A DNA stretch of 64,000 bases from Marsupella aquatica (GCA_973895155.1 OZ316896.1:9135539-9199538); one strand, 5' to 3'; positions 1 to 13,337 are shown, numbered from the stretch's first letter. Notes: generated by a model from the sequence alone, not told the origin. Translations and numbers: made by a program.

Positions 1-870
1 TGGATTGAAAGGGGTTTGGAAAGAATTGGGTTTCAGCAAACGGTCAGGATTCATTTCTGCCTATTTCACTTATTGTACAGAGTGCACATAAGATTTGGCC
101 GGATTGTTATTACAGGGGTTGATACTTTGGTAAAATATAATCACGAAATGTCAGTTAAACTTGGAAAAGTCATGTGTTATCAAATAATAGAACTATCTGG
201 AAATGTGTTCAAGTAGGTCATAAAAATGCCTTCCATAGGGAAATGAATGGTTGGGTTTTGTAGGCCATATTAAAATGCAAGAAACAATGAATAATATGAC
301 ATACATTAATTTCACCAAAATTTGAATGTGTGATGCCAGGTTCTTAACATTTAATTTTCATTATACGTTCTGAACAAAATGCTTAGTCATGTTTCCTCCA
401 AAATAAGCCAATGAATTTTTTGTTTTTCAATGCTACCTTTGTCATTCTATCATAAATATATATATTTTTTCGTGATGGCAATTTTCCATTTTTGTGGCAA
501 TATTTACCTAACGATATGTTATACATGGTCTTGCATGAAAAAGATCCATTCCAGTTCACCATGCATGACCATTCAATTATTTTAATTTAAAGAACAAGAT
601 TTTAGTCTGCCAGAAGAAGCCAGCCGTCAGTAGAAAAGGCGCCAATCAGATCCCAGAATTGTGAAGTGATCAACCATTGAAGTTCCCCAAATCATAACGT
701 GTTGTTTCATCAAACAAGAAAGGGTCAATAATTAAAATTCTCACATAGGTCCAGATTGGAATCTCGTGTGACAGATCTCCCCTGAAACATATTGAACCTT
801 ATTACAACTACCCACCACTAACCACCACTACCCCCTTCCCCCACCCATCCACCCCAGTTTTACTTAGCTA

Positions 871-1088
871 TTGATGGAGGCTAAGTACACATCAAGAGAC
901 GTAAAATGTGAAATATGCCCACTCCAATTGCTCACATTGAAAGAAGCTCTTGATGGAGGCGAAGTATACATCAAGAGACGTCAAATGTGACATATGCCAC
1001 TCCAACTGCTCTCATTGAAAGAAGCTCTTGATGGAGGCTAAGTATACATCGAGAGACGTCAGATGTGAAATATGCCCACTCCAATTGT
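871..1088. repeat. Tandem repeat, about 78-79 bp unit, about 3 copies
   Basis: ttgatggaggc.aagta.acatc.agagacgt...tgtga.atatg.ccactccaa recurs at 871, 950 and 1028. Confidence 0.85.
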
Positions 1089-1235
1089 ACAGCTTTGCAA
1101 TCACAACGACAAGCAGTGCACAGTATGGAGAAACTACACAAAGGAAGCCCATGGAAGTTCTGAACATTATCTCAGTTGGGCTTTGTGACTTAGGAGTGTC
1201 CATTAAAAAATATCACTCCTTCAAAGGAGACACTT

Positions 1236-1480
1236 ATCAAGCGCAACCTGGTCAAGAGAGTCTTTTCGAGATATCAGTCTGTTGAGATATCAGGGAAAAA
1301 TGCTCCAGAATTTCCTTACCAGAAATCAGTCATACAAGAGAGACAGTGATCAAGCAGCCTGGTCAAGCCATCCGTTTCACGAAATCAGTCATACAAGACA
1401 GAAAATGATCAAGCAGCCAGGTCAAAGGTGTCATGTCAAGAAATCAGTCATACAATGGAGATGTTGAACAAGTAGCCTGA
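1236..1480. repeat. Degenerate tandem repeat, about 60 bp unit
   Basis: aaatcagtcatacaa...caag.agcc recurs at about 1322, 1381 and 1441, with a more diverged copy near 1240-1280. Confidence 0.7.
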
Positions 1481-2571
1481 ATTCGGAAAAGGCAGGTAGG
1501 AGCGGTGAGTATGAACGATATGGGATCAGGAAGCCGATCCCAGGCCTCCATTACATAGCACAAGAGTCTCCGAAATGCATCGTCAAGAGTTCGATCATCG
1601 GTAGAAGGTAATGGTGGACTTCAGATTCAAGCATTCATGATGGGCAATGAACTACGAACGCATAATTTCAATCTCAAATGTCTTGCGATGGACAACGAAA
1701 GGGAAAATGTGAAAATCTCCTCGAAACACGATGTGATAGAAATCAGTCGGAGCACAAGGCCTTTAAATAAATTTCAAGGAACCAGAGTACCTCCACCGTA
1801 GTATGCACAGCACCAAATGATCAATTTTCCTTCGTCACTTAGGATGGAAGGAATGCTTAACATTCTAGACTAGCGGCATGTGGTGTTAGGGGTAGACTGA
1901 CCAGCTCTGTGGCCTCCAGCTAGTTGGAGATATAGATTGAGACCACCTCTGTTGCAACTAGAATTGCTTCCAGGAGGAGAATACTCGAGGGTAAAGCGAC
2001 CTAATCGTAGTGAAGTACAGCATTTCAAAGAGCCCTACTAAGGATGAGTTATGACATGAATTATCTCCAGTAAAGCAATCCTTACCTGTAAGACTCGTGG
2101 AATTCCATTCTATGTACAAATCAACCACAATCAATTACGTCACCGGTATTACGATTCAAAACAAAAGACCACGGAACCAATTCAGACCATGCAACACAGA
2201 CTTGAGAGGCCCCGGAATATTTAATCTGTCCAGTGGATGCTCTCCTGGCATTATGACCAGAACCTGCATATCCAACATAAATAGCACGTTAGAACCTTCT
2301 GCTGTGCCAGGCTTCCAAGCAAATGGACCTCCCACATGCCCATCTCATTAATGTATAGTGCTTCAGAATCAGTATATGCACTCGAAAATCTTATTCAAAG
2401 CAACCAGCAGCGTACGGAAGATTTGATTATTAGTCTTGTTCTTGAAAGTCAAGGGTTTGATAAGAAAGGCCAAAGCCTCATGTAAGCACATGTCTTCTTA
2501 TAACTCTTAAGAACTTGACATGCTTAAATTCTCCAAACCCTTCTATGTGCCTTGGTCCTTTTGCTGCGCAT

Positions 2572-5076
2572 CTAAAGTAATACCTGCAGTTTCTGGCGAC
2601 CCCATTGGAGCGCATCATGATGCGAACGATGATAAAGATCAATTCGAGACTTTCCTTTGATTGCACTTCCTCTGTCTTCTACCTGAAGGAACACAAGGAT
2701 GCACTTTTCTCACATCAGATAGAATCGTAAAATAGTAGAGAAGGATCCCTTCCTTGTACGATGACCTGTGCAGAAGGAATGTGCTGAAGATTCTCTTTAG
2801 TAAGGTACTTGTGCACTTACCTCGCCCCAGCCATAGCCTGGGACAAACATCTTGGTTCCAAATGGATAGAAGTCTGTATCAGCAGCAATTGAACCATGCC
2901 GGGGCAGCAGTTGCCAAGGAAAAAATAGTAGCCGAACTGGAAGCTTCTTTAGCTGATGAAGACTTGTCATCGAGAGGATAGGTGGGCGAGCCTGCCAAAG
3001 CCACCCAGATCCTGAGATTAAAAGGTAGACTACTAGTGTAAGTACTATATAGATTAGCATGCAGAATGGCAAACTTCTAAGCTTCCAGTTTAACGGTGCC
3101 TTTCAAGTTATAATAACTGCCTGCATTCAAATGAATCAACAACCTATTTCCCACTGATCGGATACTTTGAGATCTGAAGCTCATATATTCTAGGGATAGG
3201 ACTATACGACAGTGACTATACAACAGAATGGTGGCATAGAACTTTGATACCAACGAAACACCAGACTTTAATCTTCATAAGTAACTGAGCTTCTATTGTA
3301 GAGATCGCAATTCCAGCCATATGTCCTACGAGAGTTTATTCTCTCAATATGCTGAACAGGACATTTCAACCCGAGTAAATCACCAACTGCCTGACGTTCG
3401 TTCCTTGGGCGGAAAGATAAGAGGAAGGGAAACAAACCAGCTGGGAGGCAGCAGCTTGTACAAATGGTCCAAACAGCCAATACGATGCCAGGGTCAATCA
3501 GACTACCCTCTCATTAGAGCATAAAGGCATGACTCTTTGCACAACAATTTATGTACTGAAAAATTCTAATATATACTGAAACCCTGGGGCAATTGCTAAC
3601 AGTGGATATTAAGGTTTCCTGTAAAAGATGTCCAAACCTGTGCAGGAACCTTGCCATTAGATGTGATTCCATGGTAAGGATATCCAAGCAATCTTTCTGC
3701 AGTCCAATACCTGCACGGGATTGCTCTTGCTAGTCAGCTGACCGTTAGGCTGGATGTTCAAGAAATAAGAAAGCAAACACCACGTTGCCCTCTAAGAGCA
3801 GATTAATTTAACGACCGTTGCAAGGCACTGCTCCGCAAACTCTCTCACCAAACCCTCAGTAAGATTATGAGAAGCTGATATGCTTAACAGCATGGAGGAA
3901 GGCAGTCGGTTTGCAAAATGGATTACTTTTAAAACAACTAACTCGGAATGTCAAGGCGGGAACGATTGATATTGCATGAACGACACATTTCTAAATCGTC
4001 TGAGGCCCAATGAATTCCAGGTACCTCTGCAACACGATGGTGACATAAGAAGTAAGACACTTTCCTCATTATCCATTTCCTGTGTAATTTTGTGGGCATA
4101 GACTTCACGAGATTATAGATAATGTGAGAACAGAGACCTCGCAACGACTGGTAATCCCTTGTCCAGGACAGCTGAGCCCTGCTTGCGCGTACGGAACCTC
4201 AAAGGCATCCAGGAGGGGGAAAGGCCCACGTAATAGCTACCGGGCAATTTCACTCCCCATTCCCACTTGCAACAGTACCCACAACTGCCAATACAAACAC
4301 CAAAAACAAGTAAGTCGGCAGAGCACAAAAGATAACGATACTTTATTGATTGCCTCCTTCACCCTTCATCAGCTTGGAAGAACTACAATCCAGCCAATGT
4401 GCCCAAAGTTGACACCCGTTGAAAGGCCCCACTCGGCAAACCATGAATTGTGCTCCGTAAGTAGACCTATCGGATCGTTTTATTAGCAAAATTGATCAAA
4501 TCAGGGGTCATCTCCAAACTAAGACCCTGGACCATGAAGACAGCAATTTATCGCCGACAGCATTCATTCGTTCATGACTGAACATATCTCAGAATCAGAT
4601 CCAGGACTTTCCGAACACAAATAAAAGTGTATCTGAAGCAAGGAGAAATGGAATGCAATCAATCATTCCATGCTTTTGATTCCCCAAAAAAGCCAAGACA
4701 AGCTCCATAGCCTTTCCTCTATTTATAAATCCAATCACCATCGATGGTTAGTAAATCAGCGAAGAACCCCCCTGTGTCCTTCAGTCCTCGGCACGAAACA
4801 ACGGCACAACAGAACTCAGGTCGATGTCATATTTGAGGCGCAGCTTCACAGAATTCACAGATCGATGGACACACTCTGTACGTGAGCGACCGCGCGTCCG
4901 AGACGGAAACGGGAAAGCCATAGAACTTTTGAGCAATCAATTCTTTGGATGAAATTAGAGTCAGAGGATAAAGAACGAGAACGAGAACGAGAACGAGAAA
5001 AAGCAAAAGCACAGTAACTGGTTCCAACCCACCTGCAGTAGGCGGTGCATTCGATCTCGACCTCCTGAGGGGGCAT
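2572..5076 (-). CDS. 3D (Asp-Asp-Asp) domain protein, MltA/YocH-like putative lytic transglycosylase; 5 exons, 181 aa
   Basis: Hand-spliced exons 5076-5033, 4284-4138, 3710-3638, 2991-2821 and 2682-2572 have GT-AG introns with compatible phases and total 546 nt. Protein: MPPQEVEIECTAYCSCGYCCKWEWG...YHGITSNGKVPAQ...GSIAADTDFYPFGTKMFVPGYGWGEVEDRGSAIKGKSRIDLYHRSHHDALQWGRQKLQVLL*. This matches the 3D signature TAY / T.SG / IAAD..P.GT...PGYG...ED.G.AIKG..RIDLY...A..WG. The start and the final few codons are uncertain (possible extra 5' exon via the acceptor at 5122; possible donor at 2583). Confidence 0.88.
4972..4998. repeat. (GAACGA)n microsatellite in intron 1 of the 3D gene
   Basis: Visible directly: gaacgagaacgagaacgagaacgagaa. 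Confidence 0.85.
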
Positions 5077-5451
5077 CTTCACATACCGCTCCGTGCCTTC
5101 TTCCGCTCGTACTCGGTCAGACTGCAAAACACTTGGTTTGGGATCGGATCACCTTCGATTCCTGCTTCTTCTCCCCGAACTACTCGGAGATTGTTAATCC
5201 TCGTCTATAGCTGACAGTATGGTTGTCTGGGAATGTCAAGATGGCCTCGGGGACCGGGGACAGCCTGTAACAGTGGTGGAGAAGGCAATGGAGAAGGCCG
5301 GCGCTGGGAACCGGTTTCACCCGGTGTATGGAGAACAAGGTATGACGGAAGTGACCGGTACTGTGCTTCACGGAAATGGAACGTCGATGTAACATGTCTG
5401 TGGCAATTCTTGCTTACAGTGATTCATTGGCAGTCATGAGAGGAACACGGG

Positions 5452-5514
5452 AAGACTTTTAGAAGGTCTAGCCTTTTAGACCGAAGACTTTTAGAAGGTC
5501 TAGCCTTTTAGACC
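5452..5514. repeat. Perfect tandem duplication of about 32 bp
   Basis: gaagacttttagaaggtctagccttttagacc occurs twice in tandem. Confidence 0.85.
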
Positions 5515-6936
5515 GCCTCCTTGATGGATCCTAATATATTGAAATGTAGGTTGTGGAGCGGCATCCTGTTCAATTTTCCGAAGATGAAGATGGGTCCTAG
5601 AGTACTCTGTTTTCAGAAGAAGTTGATGGGAGGATTTGACTCATCTGGGGATGAAAAGCGTTATTGGATTGATTCCAATAATGTTTTTCGAATCTCAATC
5701 CTTCTCGGACACTGAAAAGCGAAATTGTTGTCAACATTCACATGTGTAACGTTTCCCTTTGCCCTTCTATTGTAGAGCTCCAACAGAACCACAGCTTGCA
5801 GACACATGTATTGTTCAGCTTTCATTTCCAGGGACTCTAATTGTCCGTCGTAACAACTATTCAAGTGCTATCAAATTCTTTTCACCATGAAAAAGTAGCT
5901 CCTATGAAATTCACGCGGTCAAGGACTTTCGATATTCGTCCCACCCACAGGCCAAGAAAAGCTCAAATTCCTCTGCCAGGATTGAGTAAGCTACCGATAA
6001 AAAACATGGCCTGCGTTGATTTCGTCAGTGCTGACAGTGCGAGATAGTGAGGGTTGATAATGCCTTAGATCGTTACGCTTGGGCATAGACTGGTCGTACA
6101 TTCGTGCATATTCAAGCAGGTGCCCCTTGGTTTCAGATGCCATTACAATCTCACTTTACGATGACTTGCATTCTCTAACAATGTTCTCCATGATGATTTC
6201 GTCATTTTCCTATGACAAAGTGGGATGGCAAAGTTTTTCCTCTCTGAAGTGATAGTAAAGTCTCCTTCCAAACCCACCAATCTTAGCACTTAGAAAAACT
6301 TGCGATTGATAATTCAAAAGCACCATGAAGAGTGCACGACGTCGAACAATTGGAACCTGAGTAGCTCACTGTTACGGACTAAAGTCTAGTGCTCCCTGAC
6401 ATATTCCCACAACTGAATTTCCAGTTGACATCATACACAATGTGAGCTATGATATTGCTCCTCCAAAAAGAAAATAGCTCAGTAGCAAACAATCGGGTCA
6501 CCTTACCCCACGAAACTCCAGACCGACTGCGTTCATGTGGCTCGCAAAGCCGCTTTCAGACGTACAGAGAGACCTTTACTAAGATTCAAATACATTTGGC
6601 CTCTACCCGTGGAAGCGTGCCACGGTCATTCCATGGGGAAAGTACAAGACCCCAACATACAATACCTGGCAAATTAAAACGAGCGACTGAAGGAGACTGG
6701 TCGAAGGTTCATGAAAGAGTTTGGAAAAACGGGGTAGACCCGCGACGTTTCTTTAGAAGATTCACTGGTCTAGGGGAGGCATAAATACCCGTTCCCGATG
6801 CGAACTGTACATGCCATGCTGACACCACCACTTGAAAGTATTTTGAGGTTGAACAAATCCAAAGGAGACCAAAGTTGGTCTGAAAAAATAGTTCTTTCAA
6901 TCAAATAATTCTACAAAATAAAGATGACAACTATGA

Positions 6937-9900
6937 TCACAAGTTCCTATCAAGAAATTCACATATTCTCTCTTCCATATACATTCGATCCCTGAGTCCC
7001 CGAGGCATATGCCTCTCATCAGGAAATACCAGAAGCTCGTATTCTTTCGCTGCTGCTGTCAACGCATTAATCAACCGTGCTGTGTGTCGAAAGTGAACAT
7101 TCTCATCAATCATCCCATGGACCAACAAGAGCTTCCCTTGTATTCTGTGCACATGGTGCATTACTGAACTAACTTCGTAGCCTTCAGGGTTACTGTAAGG
7201 CATTCCCATATACTTTTCGGTGTAGTGTGTGTCGTATCCATCCCAGGCTGTCACTGGAGCCCCTGCTACAGCACATCTAAAGGTTTCAGGACACCGAGCT
7301 AATGCCATGGCTGCCATGTAACCACCATAGCTCCATCCATATATCCCTACCCTATTTTTGTTCGCCAACCCTTGCCTCACCAGCCACTGCACTCCAGTTT
7401 CTTGGTCCTCCACATCAATATGCCCCATATTGTTCTTCAATGCACCTTCGAACTTGATTCCACGCCTTGCACTGCCTCTATTGTCAAGCTGTAGTTAAAT
7501 ACACGAGTGAGTACACAATACAGCGCCAGCATGATACAAACAATTCTTTGAAACGCTGCCTTTCTTTCAACAAGTAAGATTTCTAGCTCAGTACTACCAT
7601 GCACAAAGATATTAGAATTGACGCCTTCTTCTTTGGCCTTTCGAGACACAGGACCTGTAAGTCAATTACTACAGGAGGAAACTCTGGAATCGTACCAAAA
7701 TTGTGAAGTAATGGTCAACAAAAGGACACAAACTGCTTTGCAATGTGGACAAGACAGAATAAGTTCCAGTTGAGACAAACCTTCCACACCATAATGCCTC
7801 GACTTCTCAGGTACTGCGCCCTCATATCCACAGTGTTCATCCACGAGTTACACACTGTTTGCACATTTGGACCACCGTAGACACTGACAACAGTTCTATA
7901 CGGGGGTGGTCCGAACAGCTTTGGATCTGGTTTATAAAGAGCTCCGTATAGAACGGTACCATCGTCACCAGTAGTTAATTCTACAATCTCTGGAGCTGCT
8001 AGCTGCAATTTTCGAGCTCGAGGAGTTCGCGAAGGTTGTTCATATATAGGAACTAGCAATCTACCATTGTCTAAAGAACAGAGCAGTACCCGGGGAGGAG
8101 TATCCAAGCTATCATGAATATCCACAAATCTTTGCATTTGGTGATCTAGAACTACAAGATGTCTTCCTTCCCCTTGTGTTAACTTCTTTGGGATTGGAAC
8201 AGGACCAGAAAGGTCTGGGAATAAGTTTGTACTGTACAGATGTGTTTCAAGAGGACTGTGACTAGTCCCCACAAAATATATAATTCCTGCGTTTTCATCA
8301 ACCCCTGCTATTTGTTCGACCATCCACTCGCCTTCAGTTAAGGGACCCAGACATTTAGCTGAAGCATCGTACAAGTACACATGCCTAAAGCCAGATCGTT
8401 CGCTTCCCCATATAAAGCCCCCTGGTAGCCTTCCTGTACCTTTCTGTAAAGGCGTGAAACAATCGTGAAGATTGACCCAGACATCACTCTCTTCCGTCAA
8501 CATAATTTCGCGGCTTCCAGTCATGGGATCAAACTTCAGAAGCTTCAACTTTGTTTGAGTACGGTTTTGCACTTGTGCTGTTAGGTGGCCATCCGGCAGC
8601 CACATTACCCTTGCCAAGTACTCCTCATCGTCAAACTCTATCGTACCAGCATGAAGTTGCATCCAAGTCACCTCGCCTCCTGCTACTGCAACTATACCCA
8701 GACGGACTTTGACGTTTGCTTGGCCAGCAAACGGATAAGAGTGATCTTCCTCAGCGTCACCACCAACATTCGTCTTACCCTGATGCATTATCCGAAAAGA
8801 AGGAATTCCAGATGAATCTACTTCCGAAAATGCTATATATTGGCTGTCAGGGGACCACCAAAACCCAGTCCTCCTCTCCATCTCCTCCTGGATCGCAACA
8901 TGACCGAAGGGAAAACTGTTAATGAACCGTCTGTTACTGGCAGTCAACAGCACCACTCAGACATATACCTAAGCGACGATCCAAGAGAATCAGGAGACCA
9001 AACATCCAAACTCATAACGAGCAACAAAATGCTCTACAGCACTTCCCAAAGAAACTACTGCGTAGAACGTGGTATTCCGGGTTACCTGTGCAATATACTC
9101 TGCGAGTCCATGGGTCTGCAAGAGCAAAACAATATGACCAGACTCGATGAGTATCAAATTGGCCAAACTCTTACCAAGGACATGTCAGACAACTACGTAA
9201 CCATGCAATGATTCCGCACATTGCAAATGCCTCTCATGCCCTCGGTAGATGTTCAATATCACAAGTTGGTTTTGTGGGGATTCACCCACGCACTTGCGCA
9301 ATCACAGCTGCATGTTTCAGGCTAGAAAGCGAGTTCTTGACGACAAAGGTGGCAACTTGTGAACTTTTAACATCGTCCGCAAAAGAGGCTGGACAGATTC
9401 CAATACATACCAAGCCAATTTCGAACACATAGCCTAATGACGACAAATCTTTAAACTTATTGTATTGAACTACCTACAGGCAAAAGTTACTTGAATGAGT
9501 CCAATTTGATGTGATGTTCCATGGAGAAGAAAGATTTTCCTGGACAGACCCTAGAGGCCTAACAACTCTTGACTCACAAGTATAAACAACAAGACATTGT
9601 TACCTTGCCCGTCTCTCTGGCACCAGAGGTGATCTGTACCGCCTCACCACCAGATATAGGAATGACATAAATTTCATCATCCCAGACGTAAGCAATGGAA
9701 CAGCCGTCCGGAGACAGCTGAGGATCCAATATGGGACACCAGGCTGTGCTGGGCACTCTCAAACGGAGCTCAGCATTAGGCCCATCCTGGACGTAAATCT
9801 ACAAACACAAAGCAATCTTGATCAGTTAGCCGGTAAATTCTCATGAGCAATAAACCTAAGCCTAGCAAAACACCCCGCGTAGAGTCATTCACGCTCAAAC

Positions 9901-10555
9901 TTAGTCAAAATAAATCCTGGAAGACCTTCTTTCTGGAGAAAGCAATGGAGGTTTCCCAAAATCACAGAGCATATGAAACAAGCTCAATTAGACAAGGCCA
10001 AGTACTGTAAAACGATAAGAAACTTTCGGTTAATGATTGGACATAAAAATGAAGGAAGCCATCGACCAAGACGGGAGTAGTTTGTAAGAAGCGTACCCCG
10101 CCAGGAAGAGGAACCATCAATCTTGGAGCGAAGCCACCTTTAGCCCACTCATACCGTGTGACTCCCAAGCCACGCTCCCGCAATCGCTCCCTCCGCAGCT
10201 TCTCAGCGGTGGATAGGTTGCCCTCGTCAACTCCCCCGCCAGGAGGTGTCACCAGCAGTCGTTGCTGCAGCACGACCGGATCGAAAGCGAAGATTTTTCT
10301 ACTTAATGTGCTGTCAGGGCTGTAAAGGTATGAAATAAGCTTATCATCTGGGCTGAAGGCTACACAGGCGGGGGCGACATAGCCAGGAAGAGGGTACTGA
10401 ACTATGTCTTCCACTGGAAATAGGGTGTAGTCGTCTCCCCCGACGGTTTCGCTGTCCGTGGTGGGCATGGTAGAGGGTTGTGGGGCGGGATTCGAAAATG
10501 ATCGTTTTGCTTTCTTACTGCCTGCGCCTGGTTCTGGCGAATCCTCTGAGTGCAT
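6937..10555 (-). CDS. Dipeptidyl peptidase IV family (S9B, DPP8/9-like) serine peptidase; 5 coding exons
   Basis: Exons 10555-10097, 9798-9604, 9115-9086, 8887-7781 and 7488-6937 with GT-AG boundaries. Motifs: [11 protein letters not shown] (double-Glu), WWSPD, VYGGP, LDNRGS, nucleophile [15 protein letters not shown] (catalytic Asp), PDERH (catalytic His). Confidence 0.95.
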
Positions 10556-13029
10556 TCCACACCGGCCTCCGCAAAGATTTCCTATTGATCCAGCTGGCTA
10601 ATACCTTGATTGATTCCCAGTTTGCTTGTCGAATCAAACCGCCACAATGCAGCAGCCTGGCCTTTGAGTCCTTCCCTACTTGCCTCCAGAGAGGAATGTT
10701 GTCCTAGTCCAACTTCTTCCTTCCGGTTTCGCGGCTGTCAAGCACCTAACGGTACCTTGTAAGTTCTCGACCACTGAAATCCGTGGGCGTGGCGCTGCGC
10801 CTCGCCTCGCCTCGCCTCCTAAACCTTTCCTTCCTGCTTACGCACTTGGACTATACAACACCTTCGAAAGTTTCCACTCGATTTTTTCCCGGCCAGGACT
10901 GGAGAGGTTGAACTTATGCGGAGAGGACAAAGACCAGAGTCAGCGAAACGTACATACAGTAGGAGTCGGCTCAAGGCCGAATCTGTAGGAGTAGCTAGGT
11001 GCTTTCCTAGGACTTGACTTCTCACCGTGATAACCGGCCAGCGGCCTCAGTTTTTTACACCATTGCGAAACACTTTTTCCCCGCGATGTTCGAATAGAAG
11101 GTAAAAACCAAATTGAGTCACTGTGAAGTCCCACCACATACTACAGTTTCTATCCACAGAGAAAAGGAGAAGAAGAAGAAGATTTCATTTGCTAGATCAA
11201 TGACACCACTCCGACGGCTTTCTGTCGCAGCTGACTAGAGCTCATGAAGAGGGTATGATCTAGCGTCTTCTAGGAGTGCACTTTAGGGCGCAACTAGTTT
11301 GCTTCATGCGGTGAACTATCAAAGCTGTCACAACTTTTCACTCGTCCATCGCCGGCTGCATCTGATTACGTAAGCAGATAATAGCGAGGATGGAGCTAAT
11401 TTGTTCCTTCCTGCTTCTCGTCTCGTTTGAAGCTCCGGGGAGCTAAGTCAAGTTCCACAGGCTGGTGGCAGGCAGAGCTGCTGGTACGTTTTCGGATTAA
11501 GAGACTCGTAATAGCATCACACCACTGGTAATCGGCAATTGAGAAGTTGCTCCAGTGTCCACAATTGCTATCCGTGCATGTAGAGCTCCATAACGCCCTT
11601 CCGTCAGCCAACCACCTGAACAATTGTCGCATGCAAACCCCCCTCTGCTGGCCTAATGCTAGAAATCTGTGACCATTGGTCGTGCTGCAGTAAGCTTCAA
11701 ACCCTGGAAGTGTACGGGATCCTGAGTCCAATCCATGTGGGTCCTCTTCATAAAACACCAAGGCCCGAATAGGACTGAAGCAAACTTGCTCCCACCGTTT
11801 GCATGTCCTGCGGCAATTCGGTGGCGATAAAGTGGAGCCTAGAGAGCATCAAGAGCTTCAGAAGTGCGCAGTGGAAAACAGGAAGAATCTGCTGCAAGAG
11901 GAACAGAGAACACAGCAGGATGACAGCACAAAGTTCAATCCACGTCCCAAAAAGCATAAAATCGAAACGGTACGCCAGTGGATAAACGAGGATGGAAAAA
12001 TTCATGAACGTAGTACGAGAATAAAAACGACGAAAATGGCACGCCCTAGACAAAAATCGTCTCCAAAAGTCCCGAGCCGTCGGACATCGGACATCCGTCA
12101 TAAAACCTGCAGAATTCCACAAACGCCTCTCCCTCTCTCGGTTCTCTGTGGCACAAGAAGAAACGCTATCGAACCATTGACTCACCGCGCAATCATTACC
12201 CAATAACCCATCCAAACCACCCCCGAAAAATTGGTCCAAATGCTCACACGGGGGCCATCATCACATTCTCTGCCATTTCGTACGCTGCGCTGCGAGCAGG
12301 CAATGCACCATTGTTATTATTTCCCTACTCGAGTGCCCCGACCAAAACCGGGCAGATCCAGATCCTAATCCTGTACGAAGCAGTAGCAATTCACACACAG
12401 TACCAAAGGAATTGAAATCCAGAAGGGAAAAAAGGGAGGAAAAAAAAAAGGGCGTACGAGGGGCCGCGACGGGTTCCGACGGACAGGCAAAGCAACGAAA
12501 GAGAAGACAATAGAAGAGGGAAGGGAAGGGAAGGGAAGGCACCAAAATGGTGGCGGGCTGGGTGGCACGGGAGACCAGCAGGCCGTCCGTCCGTCCGACA
12601 AAACAATGTAATGATCTAAAACTCCACCACACACGCATTCGTCCCTCCAACGCATCAATCAATCTCTTTCACCTTCTCCAGAATTATTATATTACGTCTT
12701 CCGTCCAGATTGCAACGACTCTCGCCATAGCATGGCTGCTGCTTCTGCTCGTGCCCATTCCATCCCCTTCCCGTCCGGTGCCATAACTTATCGTCAATCC
12801 CTTCGAAGAACTTTGCTGTCTCTGTCTGTCTGTTTCTCTTTTCATGGAGACGAAGAAGAGGAAGATGAAGAAAAGAGGACAGTGTCCTATTTTTAGGGCA
12901 GGGAATGACTCCCGTACCTCGACCGAGTCCACCCCGAGCCGGCCCGGACCGGCCCGGACCTGGTAGGGCAGGGTCGGGCGCAACGCAATCCTAACAGTGT
13001 ACTATCACTCGATTCGGCAACGTAAAAAG

Positions 13030-13337
13030 AGTACTCCCGCTTTTACCGCGGTACAAGTCTTCTCCGGCATTTACTGTATACTAAAGTGCAGGTTTTACCG
13101 CCGTAATATTACCATATACTAATCCAGGTTTTACTGTGGTATAAATAATCTCCGGGATTTATTACTGTATGTAATTGCAGTTCTTACTGCTGTAGAAATC
13201 CTCTCCGGGATTGATTACCATATACTAATCCAGCTTTTACTGTGGTAGAAATACTCTCCGGGATTCATTACTGTATCGTAATGCAGGTTCTTATTACTGC
13301 TGTAGAAATCTTCTCCGGGATTTATTACTGTATACTT
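13030..13337. repeat. Degenerate tandem repeat, about 55 bp unit
   Basis: tttactg..gtagaaat.ctctccgggatt.attac.gtat recurs, with ctccgg at about 13062, 13150, 13203, 13256 and 13313. Confidence 0.8.

Noticed and set aside
871-1480. Regularly spaced repeats as a CRISPR-like array (also 13030-13337, 27800-27910 and 52241-52392)
   Set aside because: Whole units repeat with scattered divergence and there are no unique spacers. No cas genes are present and the context is eukaryotic, so these are ordinary minisatellites or TE sub-terminal repeats.
2572-5076. Bacterial contamination as the source of the 3D-domain sequence
   Set aside because: The domain is split by four canonical spliceosomal introns with consistent phases and is contiguous with plant genes.
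11396-12983. ORFs of 100-160 aa (for example 11748-12239, 11799-12206 and 12261-12662) as protein-coding genes
   Set aside because: They have non-ATG starts, low-complexity composition and no recognisable motifs. The region looks like leader and intron sequence.
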